NCBI RefSeq assembly: GCF_006345805.1
Contig: NC_043019.1
Location: 21,885,360 to 21,949,359 of the forward strand
Direction of reading: 5' to 3'
Source: Octopus sinensis
Lineage: Eukaryota
DNA length: 64,000 nt
Shown: piece by piece, positions 12,333-25,499 of the stretch
Position numbering within the stretch: position 1 is the first letter of the stretch
Layout: every line of letters starts with the position of its first letter
The notes under the pieces: generated by a model
Databases searched by the model: none
What the model saw: the letters and a program-made list of their open reading frames with translations, nothing else
What the model was told of the DNA's origin: nothing
Program-made: the position numbers and the translations under genes

Positions 12333-13347
12333 CTGGCAATATATAAATAAATAAAATAAATAAATAGCATTAAAGAAGATAAAAAAAATAGATTTTAAGC
12401 TGTGGAACTCTCTCCATTTTGTTTCAGCTAAGTTGATAAATTTACTTTACATTGTATTTGCCTTTAGAATTTCCCTCTCACCTCCTCATTTCACCCTCTT
12501 TCTTCCCTCTCTCTGTCTCTTTTGAGAATGAGAGAGAGAGACAGAGAGAGAGAGAGGGAGAGAGAGAGAGGGAAAGAGAGAGAGAGAGAAAGAGAAGTCT
12601 TTTAGGTACTGCTATCATTTAACTTGGTTTAGTAGAATATCTGATACCATCGCTATCCAACAGTGTTACCATCATCATCATCACCAGCACCACCAAAACT
12701 GTCACTACTATACCATTAATCAGTCATCATCATTCATTATAAAACATTACTATCCCCACTGACTACAGTGCAATTTCTACCACACCTTACCTGCAGCATC
12801 CTGACTCCACTTCCTTCAGTCCAGCCCACCACATGTATGTATGGACACACACACACACACACACATGCATATTTATATATAGACATGTAACATTTCTCCT
12901 TACATAAATCATTTCTGCTACCCATCTACTTCATTTCGACAGTGAATCATATCTTATCAATCAATCAATCAATTAGAATTACAATTATCTTCAGAATATA
13001 TATTTTTGTAAAGCCACAAAACAAATGATCTAATTATTTCCCAATACAATGATATACATTATGTGATATTTTCAAACTAGCAATAACCACACCTCGTATA
13101 TATATAGTAGTCCAAAAATCCATAAATCAGTAAAGATAGGCACACATATCTATCAAAATAATCAAAGCATGCAGTATTATAGATGCATTTCATCTGAACT
13201 TACCAACAGTTTCACACTGGATATTTTTTCCATACCCGTCAGCTCTGAAGAGCACATGTATTAGATAACTGTCATGTTATCTAATATCCAGTGTGAAACT
13301 GACTGGTAAGTTCAGATGAAATGGATCTATAATACTGTATACTATGA

Positions 13348-13379
<32 letters not shown>

Positions 13380-14347
13380 CATGCGTGACTGAAGTAGTAC
13401 ATAAAGGACTGGCTTTCATAGTCATTTTGGAAGTTGAGAGTAAGGTTTCCTTGTTATCACAATAGACTATGAAGCTTTGACCATAGGTCTTCTTGATCAG
13501 GACCACATTAGGACCAAACAATAATATGTCCAGCATAAGAGTTTGTATGCCAGAAAATACAGTATCTAAAAGCCATTAACTGCTCAATGCTCCACAACAA
13601 TATTAAATTTGCTGGAACAACTTTTAGAAAAGGTCCAAGGCCCGCAGAGAACCCCACAGTAGCTCGCCTGTTGCTGAGCCCTGTTCTACATGATTGCTCA
13701 GTCTGCTAGAAATAGCAGGTAAATCTGTCTTAAAACATACATTCTACAAGCTTAAAGATAAGTTTATGAAAGAGGATGTATAAGGATAATTTAACCTGAG
13801 ATAGACTACATTAAAAAAGAAGAAATGATCATTGCTGGAATACCTTTAACCATAAGTCTATTGAACCTGGGGCTAAACAACAACAGCTATATTTTTAAGG
13901 TAATTTTGTTCAGTCTGTGCACAAATTATATTCAGTGATTCAAACGCTATATAATATTGCAAAAAAGTAAATAAAAATAAAATTGTAAAAAATGGTAACT
14001 CATTCTTGTTGTAAAGAAATATATTCATGTATGGTTTAAAACAAAGAAATTAATGCAATACAACAATGAAAAAAAAGAAACAATATTTTCTAAGATGGCA
14101 TGAATATGTATGAAAGTAACATATTTTAAAAACATTGATCGATATACTGATATGGATACAGAAAGATATGTGAGAAGAATGGAATTGGTATTACAGATTG
14201 AGAGGTGGAGTGGAGGAAGCCAACTCAGACCAACACTAAAACAGAGTAGATATTTTACAAACTAACTTCAATGATCAAATCACCAATTCCAATTCAACCA
14301 TCAAAGAGGAAACATTTGTATTTTTCTTATTTAATTTCTTATGACAG

Positions 14348-14413
14348 TCAAAAGAAGAACATCACCACCCATGGTCTTTTTCAGAATCACCAAGACTAAT
14401 GGAAAAAAAGAGA
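14348..14413 (+). CDS. candidate 66-nt symmetric exon (SKEEHHHPWSFSESPRLMEKKR or xKRRTSPPMVFFRITKTNGKKE)
   Basis: ttgtatttttcttatttaatttcttatgacag acceptor, AGA|gtaagt donor. Confidence 0.5.
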
Positions 14414-15937
14414 GTAAGTTTCTAATCTGGTCCACATCTTAATGTTTGCAGCAGAGTGAACCCTGCTAGTGAACCCTAACTTCCTATGAAGGGCTTCCAC
14501 ACAGTTTCTGTCAACTAAATTTTATCTCATTAAATCTTGGTTGATTTGACCTCACAAGCTGATGAGGAAGAGTCTAGTTGGCTTTGGTTTAGAGGTCTGT
14601 TAGAATCAGCAGTGAAATCTCACTTAAATCAAACTCTGCCATTTTAAAGGGAAAGAAGGATACACAAGGGAAACAGCTTTAGAACCACTATCCAGCAATA
14701 AGAAAGAAGGACCACGACTAGAAAGCCGCTAACCATACATCTCTTTGACTGGGGATGACCTGGAGGCTAGTCAACAGTTATTTCATAAGCCAGTAAGGGA
14801 ACATCTATACAGTCACCTGATCTCGGAATACCAGCCCAATTTCCTTTAAATCATACACTACTGCCTTTAAAGAGATAATGTCTATATGAAACTACACAGA
14901 TAATTTAGTACCAGACAAACACTGCCTGAGAAAAAGAAAAACAAGATAGTCACAGAAATCAATTTACCAAACAGCTCACCTACAATTATGCTGTAATGTT
15001 TTTTGAACTTACATTGTCCAGAAAAGCTGAGATCAAACCAACTAAACAACATAATTAACGACAAGATCACAGTATTACTGCTGTTAGATCTTAAGCTGTG
15101 CTAAAGTGATTTCCTAATTACTCAATTATGAATATTCACTAAACACCGAATGACAACAAAAAGTTAATTAGAGTTAATACTTATTAACACAAAGTTCTAT
15201 TTTGTTGATAAAACAACAGATTCATTTATCATTGTTTCATGTCCACTTTTCCATGCTTGCATTCATTGGGGCAACTTTTCTGTAGCCAGACACCCATCTT
15301 GTCTCCAATCTCAATTATTTCCAGCAAAGACGATATTTATCCATGGCCAGACAGGTTTCCACAGAAGATTGGAAATGAACAATGCTGCACATATGGTACA
15401 TTGGGCAAGTGCTTTTTGGTACAGCCCTGGAATAACCAAAGCTTTGAGAGTGGATTTGGTAGACAGAAACTGAAAGAAGCCCATGTGTGTGTGTGTACTC
15501 TTATTGTGAAAACAGGTGAAGGTTGGTGACAGGAAGAGCATTAGGCTGCTGAAAATCAGCCTCAACAAATTTCATCTGACCCATACTAGTAAAGAGGACA
15601 TTAAATGCTGACGATATGCTGACGAGAACATTAAATGCTTCTTTCAGTTTCCCCTCTACCAAATCTACTCATAAGTTTTGGTCAGCTCAGAGCTACAGAG
15701 GAGACCTGTACAAGGTGCCATGCAGTGGGAGTGAACCTGAAATCACATGGTGGTGAAGCAAATTTCTCATCCACACAGCCATCTCTTATAATACATTTTT
15801 GTAAACCAAGATAACTTGTTTACAATGTAAAATACAGAAGCTTCAAGAAAATATTAAATAAATCATTTTAACAGTGTTTTCAAGAGGATACAACTATAAA
15901 TAATAGCATGTAATATTCTGAGTTAATAAATAAAAAT

Positions 15938-16163
15938 AGCCCTTGGTTGGAACAATGGCCAAAAGCTACCTGTGAGACTTAAACCATACATCTTCAGTAC
16001 CCATAACAGAAGTTCTAACTATCAACACTAAAGTAACCAAGCAACCTTCAGTCTTTCTACCAGGTTATTTAAGAATAAATAGTCAGCATATCTGTTATGG
16101 TGCAGAAGATGCATGGTGCAAATCCCATAGATAGCTATGAGCCATTTTTCTGTCCAAGGGTCT
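15938..16163. repeat. imperfect 73-bp inverted repeat with 80-bp spacer, probably an old MITE
   Basis: 15938-16010 versus reverse complement of 16091-16163. Confidence 0.75.
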
Positions 16164-16209
16164 TTAAAAAATTACATACAATTATTTATAACTGAATCAA
16201 AGGTAGTAA

Positions 16210-16880
16210 GATGGTGGAATTGTTAGTGCATCAAACAAAAGTTTAGCAGCTTTTTTCCAGTTCTTTGTGTTCTGAGTTCAAATTCCACCAACGGAGACTT
16301 TGCCTTCTCTTTGGAATTGGTAAAATAAGTACTAAATGAACACAGAGATCAATGTATTTGACTAAATACTTTCTCCTAAAACTGCGCTGGCCTTATGCCA
16401 AAATTTGAAACAGTTATTATTATTATTAGCATCAGCATCATCATCAAGATAGCAAACTGGCAGAATCATTAATACATCAGACAAAATACTTAGCAACATT
16501 TCTTCCAACTCTTTATGTTCTGAGTTCACATCCCAACAGAGTCAACTTTGCCCTTCATTCTTTCAAGGTCAGTAAAATAAGTAACAATCAAGTACAAGGG
16601 TCCTTGCCTCCTCCCCTCAAAATTTCTGGCCTTGAGTTAAAATCAGAATTATTGTTATCATTATTATCAAGGCGATGAGCAGACAGAAGCATTGTCAAAC
16701 AAAATGCTTAGCAAATTTTCTTTGAGCACTTTACACTCTGAGAGACCCATCTCCAAGCTGGCTTTGCCTCTCATCTTTTAGGGTCAATAAAATGAGGTAC
16801 CAGTCAAGTTATGGGATCAATGTAATCAACTTAGCCCCTCTCCTTAAAACTGCTGGCTTTGTACCAAAATTAGAAAGAAA
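16210..16880 (+). mobile_element. three tandem decayed SINE family B copies
   Basis: Repeated ggcagaat..ttag..caaaat(g/a)cttagc..ttctgagttca. Confidence 0.8.
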
Positions 16881-17399
16881 ATGGTTTATTACAAGATGCC
16901 TTGCTTCCTTACATAAATCAGTTTATTTTTCTAAGAAATTTATTTTTTACCCCAACATATTACACAAATCAGTTTATTTCACTCCATGAAAACATAAAAT
17001 CTCACTCTTCTCTGATAAATTCAACAAGAGTTTTTTTTTGAGTAGACAATGCTAAAAAGACACCAATGGTTTTATTCAGAGTGTTTAAAATTAATACATG
17101 ACCAAAAGAAAAAAAATAAGTAATGGCATCTCTGTTGATGCGAATGATGAAAATATTAACTGAGACACATCTTGGCAAATCAATAGCACATCAATAAAAA
17201 CATTAACATGTCTTAGAAAAACAACACTTCATATTTGCATCACACAGCCTTAGTGGCATTGTAGTGCTGCATACTAACTTAAAACCATTGCTGCTTAGTA
17301 AATTCATTTACATCAGGAGACTGCCCAATACATACTGGCAGGGAAAGTAAATACAAGCAAAATTAAACACATTCAAATGATAATGAGAACACCAATTAT

Positions 17400-17860
17400 G
17401 GTTGAAGGTGTGGTGGTAATTCAAAAGTGGTAGTGATGGAGCATAAGACACAGCAACATTAGTGGTAATTGAGGTGGTGGTGACATTTGAGATGGTGGTG
17501 GTAGTGACAGTGGTGCTAATGATGTTGGTGGGGGTGTTAGTAGTGGTGATGATGATGGTGGAGGTGGTGGTGGGGTAATAGTAGACCACAAGATGGAGGC
17601 AGTATGAACTGAGCATTGGTGATGATATAGTACTGGGAGTGATGGCACTGATAGTAATGGTATAGGTGGTGGTTGAGGTGGTGTAGCAGTGGTGAGCGCA
17701 ATGGAGTGCTGCATACTAATGTTGGTGGAGTAACAGGTAGTGATGGAAGTATTTGTGGGTGTGTCTGTGTGGGGGTGGGGTCATAGGTTGTAATGATTTA
17801 TGATGACAGTTGTAACAATAAAGGTGATGATGATGATGATGATGATGATGACAATGACAA
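17400..17860 (+). repeat. degenerate (GGT)/(GAT) low-complexity tract
   Basis: Visible directly; source of the poly-T/P ORFs. Confidence 0.85.
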
Positions 17861-17902
17861 CTACCATCCCTTTCATAGCATTAACATTACATTTGCACTG
17901 AC

Positions 17903-17922
17903 CTGTACTGAAAGACTGCATG
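17903..17922 (-). CDS. candidate 20-nt microexon (alternative upstream acceptor gives 36 nt, to 17938)
   Basis: Long U-tract, tatag acceptors, CAG|gtcagt donor. Confidence 0.4.
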
Positions 17923-18760
17923 CTATACAAACATTATGCTATATACATTGAGGAAAAAAAGAAAAAAAAAACTAAGACCACCAAGGAAAAGGAAAAAGTA
18001 AGAACAAACAAAAGACACGCATTCATTATAGATTATTCTAGAAATATTTCCATAGATGAACAGTTTCCATTTAACTGATAAAGTAAAAGAAAATTTGTCA
18101 GATAATAAATTTAAAACTACAAAATAATAATGGTGATGATGATAATAATAATAATAATAATACAACAGCAAACAACTTGAGCATCGAAAAATAAAAAAGA
18201 GAAGAATTTACAAATAATTTCATTATTCTTCTTTGACTTTCTCAACCTAGAGATGAAACTGGAAATATCTTCCAATATTTTTTTTTATGGCATTAAAACA
18301 ATTTAATGAAAGGAAGTTCTATCTGGTCATTTGACCTGCTATTTAGACAAAGTACAGAATAGCGTAACAGACAAGAGTGTCATGGCTGGAATGTCTTTTA
18401 TCATTAATTTGCTAGAGTGTGGTTGACTTGATGCGAATCAAATTCGACATGTTAATATGTGTCTTCCATAAGACAGTGAACTCACAAAAATGTTAGCACA
18501 CTGGGCAAAATGATAAATGGTATTTCATCTGTCTACATTCTGAGTTCAAATTCTGCCAAGGTTGACTTTACCTTTCATCCTTTCAAAGAAAGCTAGTACC
18601 AGTTGAGCACTGGGTTGATGTAATCGACCTACTCAACTACTTTGAACTTGCTGGCCTTGTGCCAAAATTTGAAATCAGTATGTTTCTGCCCTGCTGCAGT
18701 TGTTTTAGTTTCAACACAGTGTTAGATCAAATCACTTACATGGCAAGTACATCTCCAAAA

Positions 18761-18979
18761 TATGAGAGGGTACTGAAAAGTTTCTGGCTCTAAGGGTATT
18801 GTGAAAAGCCTGGTTGGAAGCCCAACTTTCTGAGTTCTTTTACAGGGGTCAGAAAAACTGAAGGACTGCTGCAATAAGCATGTGAATCTGAGAGGGGAAC
18901 ATACTGCATAAAATCATAATTAACTGATCCTCCTCTATTTTCTTTTACCCAAAGCCAGGAATTTCAGCACCTGCTCTTA
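18761..18979. mobile_element. mariner-type MITE
   Basis: Imperfect TIRs tatgagagggtactgaaaagtttctggct / agccaggaatttcagcacctgctctta. Confidence 0.7.
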
Positions 18980-20079
18980 CATATGAAAATATCCTTCTAT
19001 CATTGCCATTGCTAGCACAAAAGGCTATCTAAAAGCTACCAGTAGTTCAATCCCACCCCAAATACACTAAATTTAGCAAATTTTTAGAAAAGATCCAAGA
19101 TTCACAGAGAACATTTCAAATGTCCACCTGTTGCCAACTTCTGATCTGGAACATTTTTTTCTTTTTAATTTAAGAATTTTGCCACTTATAATATTCAGGA
19201 TAGGATTAAAAGATATGTGTGTCATGGAGGGAGGGGGAAAACAATAACAAATTAAATCAGTAAAATATTACAGAAAAAGGATATAGGGAAATGAGAAAAC
19301 ATGAAAGAAAACAGAATTTATGATAACAATAAGAACTGGAAAGGGGATTCTATGTGATCACTTGACTTGGAAGAAACAGCAGCTAAACATAACCCTCAAA
19401 TGAAACCCTATTGTTTTAAATAAGGCAAGGACACATTAGATATTATAATCCTATAGACCACAAAAAGATGGAAAGGTCAAGGGTGGGAATGCTTTTGAGC
19501 ATAAGTCTGTTGAATTGAGGATGAGGTGGGGTTAATCAACAATAATGATATCAAGGTAATAAATCAACAAGCAAATGTACAATTCTTTATGCAGTCACTT
19601 ATCCAACCTGTGAGAAATAGCAGTTAAATTTCCCTCGTATCACACACCCAACCATCTTATAAATGGAAAGGGCACATTAGATAATGTACTCTTGGCAGGA
19701 TTGCTTGGTCATGGTTGAAATGTTTGAAATCATTAATCTGACAGATCTTGATTAATCAAGAGCTAAGCAACATCAACAGAAAGGAAATTAAGGCTCATCA
19801 AGCCTGCTTGAAATAGCAGCCAAATGTCCATCATATTGCCTGCTACTGACCTGAATAAAATAAGATACACTAAACAGTACAGTCATGGATATGCACCCCA
19901 TCTTCCCAAAACAGTCACAAGTAGAATGGCTTTGATATGGATTGGTCTGTTTTCTCAGGGCTAACTTGGTATTTTAACAAGTCAGTAGACCAACTAAAAG
20001 TGATAGTGAAATCTCCCTCAAATCACAGTATAGCATTTTGAAAAATACAGATGTACCAAATAGAATGATGGAATTAACA

Positions 20080-20262
20080 TTACTAAATGCCTTTAGTATT
20101 TAAACTGGTAAAACTAACCTCTCACACCTCCCTTACAATGTCCTTCAAAAAATATACAATCATTGAAATCTTGAAATTACGAGATGATACATGATAAATT
20201 CAAAACAATGTGAATAAATAAGCAATACAGTTGACAGAGTAATCGAAATGCTAAAGGGTTAA
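20080..20262. mobile_element. TTAA MITE copy, partial
   Basis: Ends atgctaaagggttaa; homologous to 11617-11845. Confidence 0.75.
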
Positions 20263-20457
20263 ATAAAAAGTAGATGTACTCAATCAGGTTTGACCTAGGG
20301 TTAAACAACAATAATAACATAAGAGAATAAAGTAGAAAAAATACCAAAAGAATTAAGAGGAATTTCAAGATGTAAAATAAAAAAAAGATTCTGACAAAGA
20401 TAAAAACCAATTCATGCAAGATTTTGTAAAATGAATGTCAAAAAGGAAACTGTCCTC

Positions 20458-20814
20458 TTAAAGTTTAGGAATACCAAAATCAGGTTGTGACTCCCAGGAG
20501 TGAAAATCAATATAGTCTCTTTTAACTATATATTTCTTATCTATATATCTATAGAAATAAACCAAATGGAAAGTGGGGGGGGGGTTTAGGAAAAAGAAAG
20601 TAAAACGCAAGAATAAAAAAAAACATGAAATAAAAGATGAATTAAAAAAATAAAACAAGCATGGTAGAAAAGAATATTGGTGGCGGTGGGTGGTTAGTAA
20701 CCCCCCCTCCCCAAGACAGTTTTCTATTTTAAGACATATCTGTGTCTCAGATTGATAATCTTTGATTGCCTGAACAATTCTCAGATATCTATCTTGGTAT
20801 TTATTCAAAGATGC
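20458..20814 (-). CDS. candidate exon pair 20702-20814 (ASLNKYQDRYLRIVQAIKDYQSETQICLKIENCLGEG) and 20458-20548 (YIDKKYIVKRDYIDFHSWESQPDFGIPKL*)
   Basis: Acceptors ctcactttatttgtag and ggtttatttctatag; one continuous ORF; the intervening donor is weak. Confidence 0.3.
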   Translation of the reverse strand, partial: ASLNKYQDRYLRIVQAIKDYQSETQICLKIENCLGEGGLLTTHRHQYSFLPCLFYFFNSSFISCFFLFLRFTFFFLNPPPTFHLVYFYRYIDKKYIVKRDYIDFHSWESQPDFGIPKL

Positions 20815-20917
20815 CTACAAATAAAGTGAGCTATGTACATGTACAAAACAAGTTGTTTATTATTATTATTATTATCATTATTATTATCATCATCATCATC
20901 ATCATCATTATCATTAA

Positions 20918-21594
20918 GGTGGTGAGGTGGCAGAATCGTTAGCACATCAGGCAAAATGCTTTGCATAATTTCTTCAGTCTTTATGTTCTGAGTTCAAATT
21001 CTGGCAAGGTTGACTTTACTTTGCATCCCTTTCAGGGTTGATAAGATCAATGTAATCAATTTATTCCCTCCTCCAAAATTGCTGGCCTTGTACCTAAATC
21101 TGATATCATTATAAGGTGATAAGCAGGCAGAATCGTTAACATGCTGGACAAAATGCTCAGCAGTATTTCACCCGTTGCTACGTTCTGAGTTCAAATTCTG
21201 CCGAGGTCGACTTTGCCTTTCATCCTTTTGGAGTTGATAAATTAAGTACCAGTTGAGTACTGGAGTCGATGTAATCGACTGTCCCTCTTCCCTAAATTTC
21301 AGGCCTTATGCCTAGAGTAGAAAGGATTGTCGATAAATTAAGTACCAGTTATGCACTGGGGTCGATGTAATCGACTTAATCTGTTTGTCTGTCCTTGTTT
21401 GTCCCCTCTATGTTCAGCCCCTTATGGGCAATAAAAATCAAAAAATTATTATTATTATTCATATTTAACTGAGGTTGACTTTGCCTTACATACTTTCAGA
21501 GTCAATAAATTAAGTACCAGTCAAACACTGGGGATGATATAATAAACTAGCCCTGCCCCACCAAATTTCAGGCCTTGTGCTTATAGTAGAAAGG

Positions 21595-21632
<38 letters not shown>

Positions 21633-22410
21633 AAAGGTGGTGAGCTGGCAGAATTGTTAGCATGCCAGACAAAAAGCTTAGTGGTATTTTGTTTGCCACT
21701 ACATTCTGAGTTCAAAAATGTTCTTTACACTGAGTTCAAAATCCCACCAAAATAAACTTTGCTTTGAGTTCAAATCCAAGTTTCAGGGTCAGTAAAACAA
21801 AATATCAAAGTACTGGAATCAATATAACCAACTTGCCATCTCTACTCAAAATTACTGGTCTTGTGCTAAAATTAACAAGAATAATCATCATCATCATCTA
21901 GGGTGGTGGAATGGCAGAGTTGTTAGAACTTCTGAAAAATGCCAATATTTGTTTCATCTCATAGAAATTAATTTTGCCTTTCACCCATTTTTGGGGGGGG
22001 GAGGGGTTTCAATACAATAAAGTACTAGTCAAGTACTGTACGTGATATAATCAACTAACCCTCTCCCACAAAATTTCTGGCCTTGTACGTATGTTAAAAG
22101 CAATTATCATCATTAACATCATCATATAAGGGTGCTGGATTGGTAGAATCAGTAGTACAGTAGACAATACCTTGTAGTATTAAGCTACATTATGTTGGTG
22201 AGGTGACAGAATCATTAGCAAGACAGGTAAAATGCTTTGCGGCATTTTGTCCATATTTGTATTTGGGGTTCAAATCCCACTGAGGTCGACTTTGCCTTTC
22301 ATCCTTTTGGGGTTGATAAAATAAGCATCAGTTGAGCACAGGCATCAATGTAACCAAGTTATCCCCTCCATCAAAATTGCTGGCCTTGTGCTAAAATTTG
22401 AAACCAGTAT
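20918..22410 (+). mobile_element. head-to-tail array of about 7 SINE family B copies
   Basis: Repeated heads at about 20918, 21115, 21636, 21901, 22128, 22195, often separated by (ATT)n/(ATC)n. Confidence 0.9.
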
Positions 22411-22734
22411 TTTATTACATTTGTTTTCATTCTGAGTTCAAATCCCACTAGGATCAAGGATCGCACGAGTGTAAATACCTTCTGGTTTTTACATCTGCAG
22501 AAAGTCTTGTACTCATTTTATCAAATACGTATATGTGTGTGTATATGTGTATGTATATGTGTATCCATGCAAATGTGTGTGTGTAGGTTTGATAGTACAA
22601 CAAGAAAAATAGAACTCAAAGCATGAGTATGTCATTTTATTATCTTTACTTGGCAGATTTTCAAAGTGAGTCAAGGGCTGACAATTTCCTGCACGGACAC
22701 ATATCAAATAGTTTTAGTGACTATATAAATACCT

Positions 22735-23180
22735 TTATCTTTTACTTGTTTCAGTCATTAGACTACAGCCATGCTAGGACACTACGTTGAAGAATTTCAG
22801 TTAAATGAATTGACACCAGTACTTTCTTTTGCCTTTTAAGTCTGATACTTATTCTATCAATCTCTTTTGTCGAATTGCTAAGTTATGGGGATGTAAATGT
22901 ACCAACACCAGTTACAAGCGATGGTGGGGGAAAAAACACAGACACAAAGACACACACACACAGATATATACATGTGTGTGTGTCTGTATACATACACATA
23001 TATATATATATATATACACACATAGAAAGGCCTTCTTTCAGTTTCCATCTACCAAATCTACTCATTAGGCTTTTGTTGGCCTGAGGCTATAGTAAAAAGC
23101 AATTGCACAAGGTACCATGCAGTGGGACTGTACCCAGAACCATGTGGTTGAGAGGCAAACTTATTACCATACAGCCATGT
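22735..23180 (-). mobile_element. SINE family A copy
   Basis: Homologous to 3796-4177. Confidence 0.85.
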
Positions 23181-23385
23181 CTGCACACACACACACACAC
23201 TTATCATAACCCTTAGAGGTGATGCCCTCAATGTAGTTGTAGTCCAATGACTAACAATAATTTGAGAAAGAACTACTGTAGAGGCGGGGGAAAAAAAGAA
23301 AGAAAAAGGTGTAGCACTTAAGCTTCTGGTGTAGTAGATTTTGACAAATTTAGAACTTTACACATCTGTGTGTGTGTGTGTGTGT

Positions 23386-23438
<53 letters not shown>

Positions 23439-23637
23439 ATGCATGTGCAAGCAGGTATATGAGTTCATGTGTGCGAAATAATTATCTTTTTTTTTTTATT
23501 TATTGAAATCCATAATTTTTGTAAATCAATATGAAAACCAATAATGTCCGATATGTTTGATTCTTCCCTCGGCCACCCCCATCACTACTTCCTGTTGACT
23601 TCAACATACTTTCACAACAAGTACACACACACATGCT

Positions 23638-23668
<31 letters not shown>

Positions 23669-23962
23669 ATTAAGAAACGAAACAGCTGATAACTAGAAGC
23701 TAAATCTACTTTCTTCAAGCTATACTTCTGAGATGTCTGCAAGCAGCAATTTCATCAACGCCATATTAAAAGTGAAGAATACACCCAAAACTAGAGTTAA
23801 TAACAAACATTGATCTTTTATTGGATTTTCAAATTATAATAATAACAATAATTCATTCTTTTTATCTATATTATATGATTTATACGACATAGCTTTACTG
23901 TATAATTATTCATATTCATCATCTGTTATTGCTAAAGACAAACACTCACATGCATGCATGCA

Positions 23963-24005
<43 letters not shown>

Positions 24006-24039
24006 ATATACACACACACATACACATAAAACAAGTGCA

Positions 24040-24310
24040 GGCATGGACACATGCTTAAGAAATTTGCTTTGCAGTTATGTGGCTTTGAGTACAGTTTCAC
24101 TGTGGTGGGGCCTTGAGCAACTGCCTTGCTTGACAACTGATGTTGGTGTGTTTATGTCCCTGTAACTTAGCATTTCGGCAAAAGGGATCGATAGAACAAG
24201 TACCAGGCTTACAAAGAATAAGTCTTGGGGACGATTTCTTCAGCTAAAATCCTTGAAGGTGGAACTCCAGCATGGCCACAGTCAAATGACTGAAACGTGT
24301 AAAAGAATAA
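24040..24310 (+). mobile_element. SINE family A copy, internally deleted
   Basis: Head plus tail cagcatggccacagtcaaatgactgaaac. Confidence 0.75.
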
Positions 24311-24694
24311 AACAAAAGAGTATATTTATTCCACTTGTCTTTGAAAGTGCAGAGAGACTGGTTGTAATGTCAACAAGGAATGCAAGCATCATATTACCAT
24401 TTCGTTTAGGCAGTGATAAGCTAGAATGTGGAGAGTCATCATTCATGTACAAAAGTACATTTGCATGCATCCACATGCATACATACACATTCGCATATAT
24501 ACACATATATACATATTAATACACAAAATGAGCTTCCAAAGGGTTTCCAGCTAACAGTTCCACTCACAAGGCACTGGTCAGCCTGCAATAGCACCAAGCT
24601 GACCAGTATCTGGGTTTGTGACCTATAACCTAGTTGTGTGATAAATTTAAAAAGTAAAATTAATTGCTAAAATATACTCAAAACTTAAAAAAAG

Positions 24695-24696
<2 letters not shown>

Positions 24697-24757
<61 letters not shown>
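24697..24757. repeat. (AAT)n microsatellite
   Basis: Visible directly. Confidence 0.98.
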
Positions 24758-25483
24758 GTCAGGTGTTGTATGATTAACTATAGATCCTTTCAAGGCAGCC
24801 CCAGCTTGGCTGTAGCTGAATGAATGAAACATAAGTAAAAGAATAAGCCTTAAGCAGAATGGAGTTTTTAGATTAGAAGTATGTAAACAGGAAAAATGAT
24901 GAAATAAAGTTCCCTAATGAAAGAAACAGGGGTATTATCATTGTGGTTATTGTTTAGCCTCAGGTTAGCCCTTACTGATCAAACTCATGATCAAATACAT
25001 TCCAGTTCTATCCACTCATTCCAATCCTGACTATCCACTCATATTTTACTCAATGTATCTAAAATCAATGACGATCCAGTTCTGATCATCCACTCGTATT
25101 TTATTCAGTGTTTCTGAGATTGAGATTAAAAACAATCTGGGCTTTACTCAGTGTATCTAAGATCAAAGACACTTCAGCCATGACTGTCCTGTCTAATACA
25201 GTGTTATCTAGGACTGTATTACTCAATGTCTCCTCCATTTTTCCCCATTGAAGAAGTTTTATATTTTACATTGTACATCTTGACAAGTTATACGAATTCT
25301 GAATCATCACAATGACTAAGTCTCTTAGCGTTAAGTTCAAAAAGAAAATTGATTTATTATCAGATTTTCATGAGTGGATGGTCAGATCAATAGGGTGGTG
25401 GACAATTAGCAGAGAGATCAGTGCTGTATACTCTTTTTTAGCATTTGTACTGTATCCATGGCCAACCAAGATACTTTACTTAC

Positions 25484-25499
25484 AAATAGACGGATCCAC
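25484..25499 (-). CDS. candidate 16-nt microexon GTGGATCCGTCTATTT
   Basis: ttttttttctccctcggtcttgtgtatctaatttctgtcag acceptor with CTAAT branch-like motif, TTT|gtaagt donor. Confidence 0.55.

Noticed and set aside
15978-16135. 52-codon plus ORF ending GYLRINSQHICYGAEDAWCKSHR
   Set aside because: Lies within the inverted-repeat element
17308-17714. Thr/Pro-rich mucin-like ORFs
   Set aside because: Degenerate GGT repeat, no supporting gene structure
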